Of a DNA stretch of 53,626 nt, positions 50,888-53,626 are shown piece by piece. The stretch spans positions 8,984-62,609 of the forward strand of contig MQRK01185036.1 in assembly GCA_001938485.1 (NCBI GenBank). Direction: 5' to 3'. A program made the translations under genes and the position numbers. Below the pieces are notes generated by a model that was not told the origin of the DNA, did no database searches, and saw only the letters and a list, made by a program, of their open reading frames with translations. Position 1 is the first letter of the stretch. Each line of letters starts with the position of its first letter. The DNA is from Girardia tigrina. Taxonomy: Eukaryota.

Positions 50888-51509
50888 ATGCCTATAGCTG
50901 TATTGTAATTTATATAATTTTGAAATAATTTTGCTATAATTTTCGTCATTTATAATGTTATATTGATCTAATATATCTTAAAAATACTCGTGTTGTTTTC
51001 GATTACGATAATATTATAATGGATAATAATATTTAATCAACATACAAGGCATAGACTTCTTCAGAACTACATATTTCCGTGAGTCAGTTGTTTATTATAT
51101 TACGACGGATGCCAAGTTAGCCGGGCTAACCTACTTATTTTGAAGTAAAAAGAGAGCTTCGTCAGTTAATAACAAAGTCTCAAGAGAGAGGAAAGTTATA
51201 AAAGCTGGTTTCTGATATCGTTTCCGACCAGGCAGCGGAATACTCGCTAGCATGTAGTCAGCTCGGCCTTTGTAAATAATGTATAGATAATGATTTAGTC
51301 TATCTCTTTTGTCCGTATTTTATTTTATTTTTTTTTGATATACTTTTCTTCTTTTATTATTTATTTTTTGATGACTGCAAAGATAAATAGATATTATCAA
51401 ATATGCATGGTCAGGTTTAAAATTCAAAGTTTAACGGTGAATTGGTGTAATTAATTAAAAGAGATAAATGTGACCATTGATGTTAAATCAATCCGTAATA
51501 ACAACTGAC

Positions 51510-52867
51510 ATTACGCGATGATAGGATCACATGGAAGATGTTGCGTCAGCTTACAAATAGGAAGTAGTTTTAAACGAGTCATATAAAAGTAAAGAGAGAA
51601 GTCAGGTAACGATGTCACATTGATTAGCGGAGATGAAGAGTCGGTCGAAACATACAAAGGTTGTAACTCGGTAGGACCACAAACAAGGGTTTCAATTTGA
51701 GTCCAAATTCGAAGCATATATTCTAACCACGTAGGGATCTAAAATAAAATTCCAGTTCACGAAAATGACAGAGTGATATGGAATAATTAACCTCGAATTA
51801 TAGAAAGTTCTTAGTAGTAGACGATTGAAAGCTGAGACCCACGAATGAAACAATGAAAACTTTTCAACTATTGTTTTAGTATTGAGGAAGGAAGTCTTTA
51901 TATGAATGTAAATAGACTCCGATAGGACAGTGAAGGTGGAGATCGAATATGAAGAAGCGACTTCTAAATAGGCTTATTGGAGTTACTCTGTTAATTATCA
52001 CAAGTTGGTCGACCGAATTGACAATTGGATTGAGATGTAGGTAAGATGAGAGACTCATATTTGCGAGGAGTCGAGTAGAGTGATTATTTCGTAGTGATTA
52101 GTCAATTAGAACTTCATTAAGCAAAATATCATCAGAAAGTAATTCTTGGGTCAATCACGCGAATCTACACGCATGAATAATGCCGTAAATAAATAATCGA
52201 AACAAAAACAAACTGAAATGTTAAAATTTACTAAAACAGTTGTCATAATGAAAGGTCTGAGTAATAATACTGTGTCATAAAGTTTTCTACAAAAATCTAT
52301 AAGCATTAATATCAAGTGATGCAAGTGAAATAAATAAATAAAGTTTAAACTCGTATCTAAATCATTTTAAAGAGTTGTCTAAAGGAGGAAGTTCACATAC
52401 TGTCGATAATATTGTGAGAAAGATAAAAGACTCAGTAGGTTGAGAAGTAATAATATATGAGTAAGAATCGTTGTCGATTGCGAAGAACCTTCTGGAGGTG
52501 ACGCAGGCCAATCGCAATATGCGAGGGGAATGCGGTTGACCGACGTTTGTTTCCTTGGGGCTCTCTTCGTCCGGTTTAATTTATAAACTAGTACAATAAA
52601 ATATTTGAACATAATGTGAAACAATATCAACCCCATCAGACATTGATACCACCAGTCGGGCAATACCCGTTACTGGTTCGAACCCGAAGGTGCTCCAAAG
52701 CACACATAACTTGTTGATGTGCGTTGAGGAGGCGCATCTGTTCCCTTAAACAATGAATGACTATCGAGAGGAATACAAAGTACTTGGGAGTTGCCGTTGA
52801 ACTCAAAAAAAACGGATGGGGTCTCTGAGTCAACAAAAATGTTGTTAAGAGAGGGGAACACGACACA
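51510..52867. repeat. Possible solo LTR or other repeat-derived non-coding block
   Basis: Higher-GC block without a credible ORF, ending ...ACACGACA (TGTCGTG on the - strand). No TSD established. Confidence 0.25.
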
Positions 52868-53626
52868 TTCTTTTAAAACAATATTGGCCGTTCTTTGTCG
52901 AAAATGCAGTTTTTATTTTTGAATCGTTCTACAATTCAACTTTATGATATGCACGCCCCAAATCGATCGTGCTGAAGTATTTCGCTCCATTTAATGTATT
53001 TAGCATTTCTTCTACATTTGGCATTGGAAATGCTGGTCTGATTGTGACTTTATTTAATTGTCGAAAATCAAAACATACTGTTGGGGAATGATTTAAATGA
53101 GGTTAAAAAAAATAATAAAAGAAAANNNNNNNNNNNNNNNNNNNNNNNNNNNNNNNNNNNNNNNNNNNNNNNNNNNNNNNNNNNNNNNNNNNNNNNNNNN
53201 NNNNNNNNNNNNNNNNNNNNNNNNNNNNNNNNNNNNNNNNNNNNNNNNNNNNNNNNNNNNNNNNNNNNNNNNNNNNNNNNNNNNNNNNNNNNNNNNNNNN
53301 NNNNNNNNNNNNNNNNNNNNNNNNNNNNNNNNNNNNNNNNNNNNNNNNNNNNNNNNNAAAAAAAATAATAATAAAGAAAAAGATGCTTTACCCACTCCTG
53401 GGGTATCCTCGGGAATGGAGCATAATCGATGTTCCATTCCTCTGGACATTCCCGGAGTCGGGCATATTCTTCTTACCTGTTTTGTTGTTTTTGAAATATT
53501 GTTTTTAAAAAAAAATGAAAAATAAAAAAATGAAAAATTCTTTAGGCCAACTGGCCTATGAGTCTATCCTCCAATAGGGAGGATAGACATTGTTTAAATT
53601 AGCCGTTAAGGGCAGAAAAGAAAATT

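Noticed and set aside
1-53626. CRISPR array, tRNA, rRNA or prokaryotic defence system
   Set aside because: No repeat-spacer array, cloverleaf or operon structure seen; the sequence is clearly eukaryotic.

Overview
AT-rich eukaryotic (invertebrate animal; a planarian-like flatworm is a guess, not shown) genomic window with 7 N-gaps. It holds two spliced host genes on the + strand, both reconstructed by hand from GT-AG junctions. One is a 5-exon CREC-family (calumenin/reticulocalbin-like) EF-hand protein of about 340 aa ending in HEEL (5779-13810). The other is a 5-exon mitochondrial electron transfer flavoprotein alpha subunit, ETFA, of 333 aa (24831-43275). Most of the remainder is transposon debris: Tc1/mariner (mariner, rosa-like, Tc1), hAT (hATm-like), MULE, Helitron, an RTE LINE, a Gypsy fragment and Penelope-like retroelements (PLEs). 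Main signal: about nine minimal type-I hammerhead ribozyme motifs (CUGANGA-U-stemII-GAAA-palindrome-NUH), nearly all just downstream of PLE GIY-YIG remnants; one (44501-44542, - strand) has a fully intact core. Other highlights: two inverted PLE dimers each bounded by a target-site duplication, a multi-level transposon nest in ETFA intron 2, a DD46D rosa-like transposase, a hAT transposase with a spliced extra C-terminal module, and a UPRE motif upstream of the calumenin-like gene. All analysis was by eye; no database searches were run.
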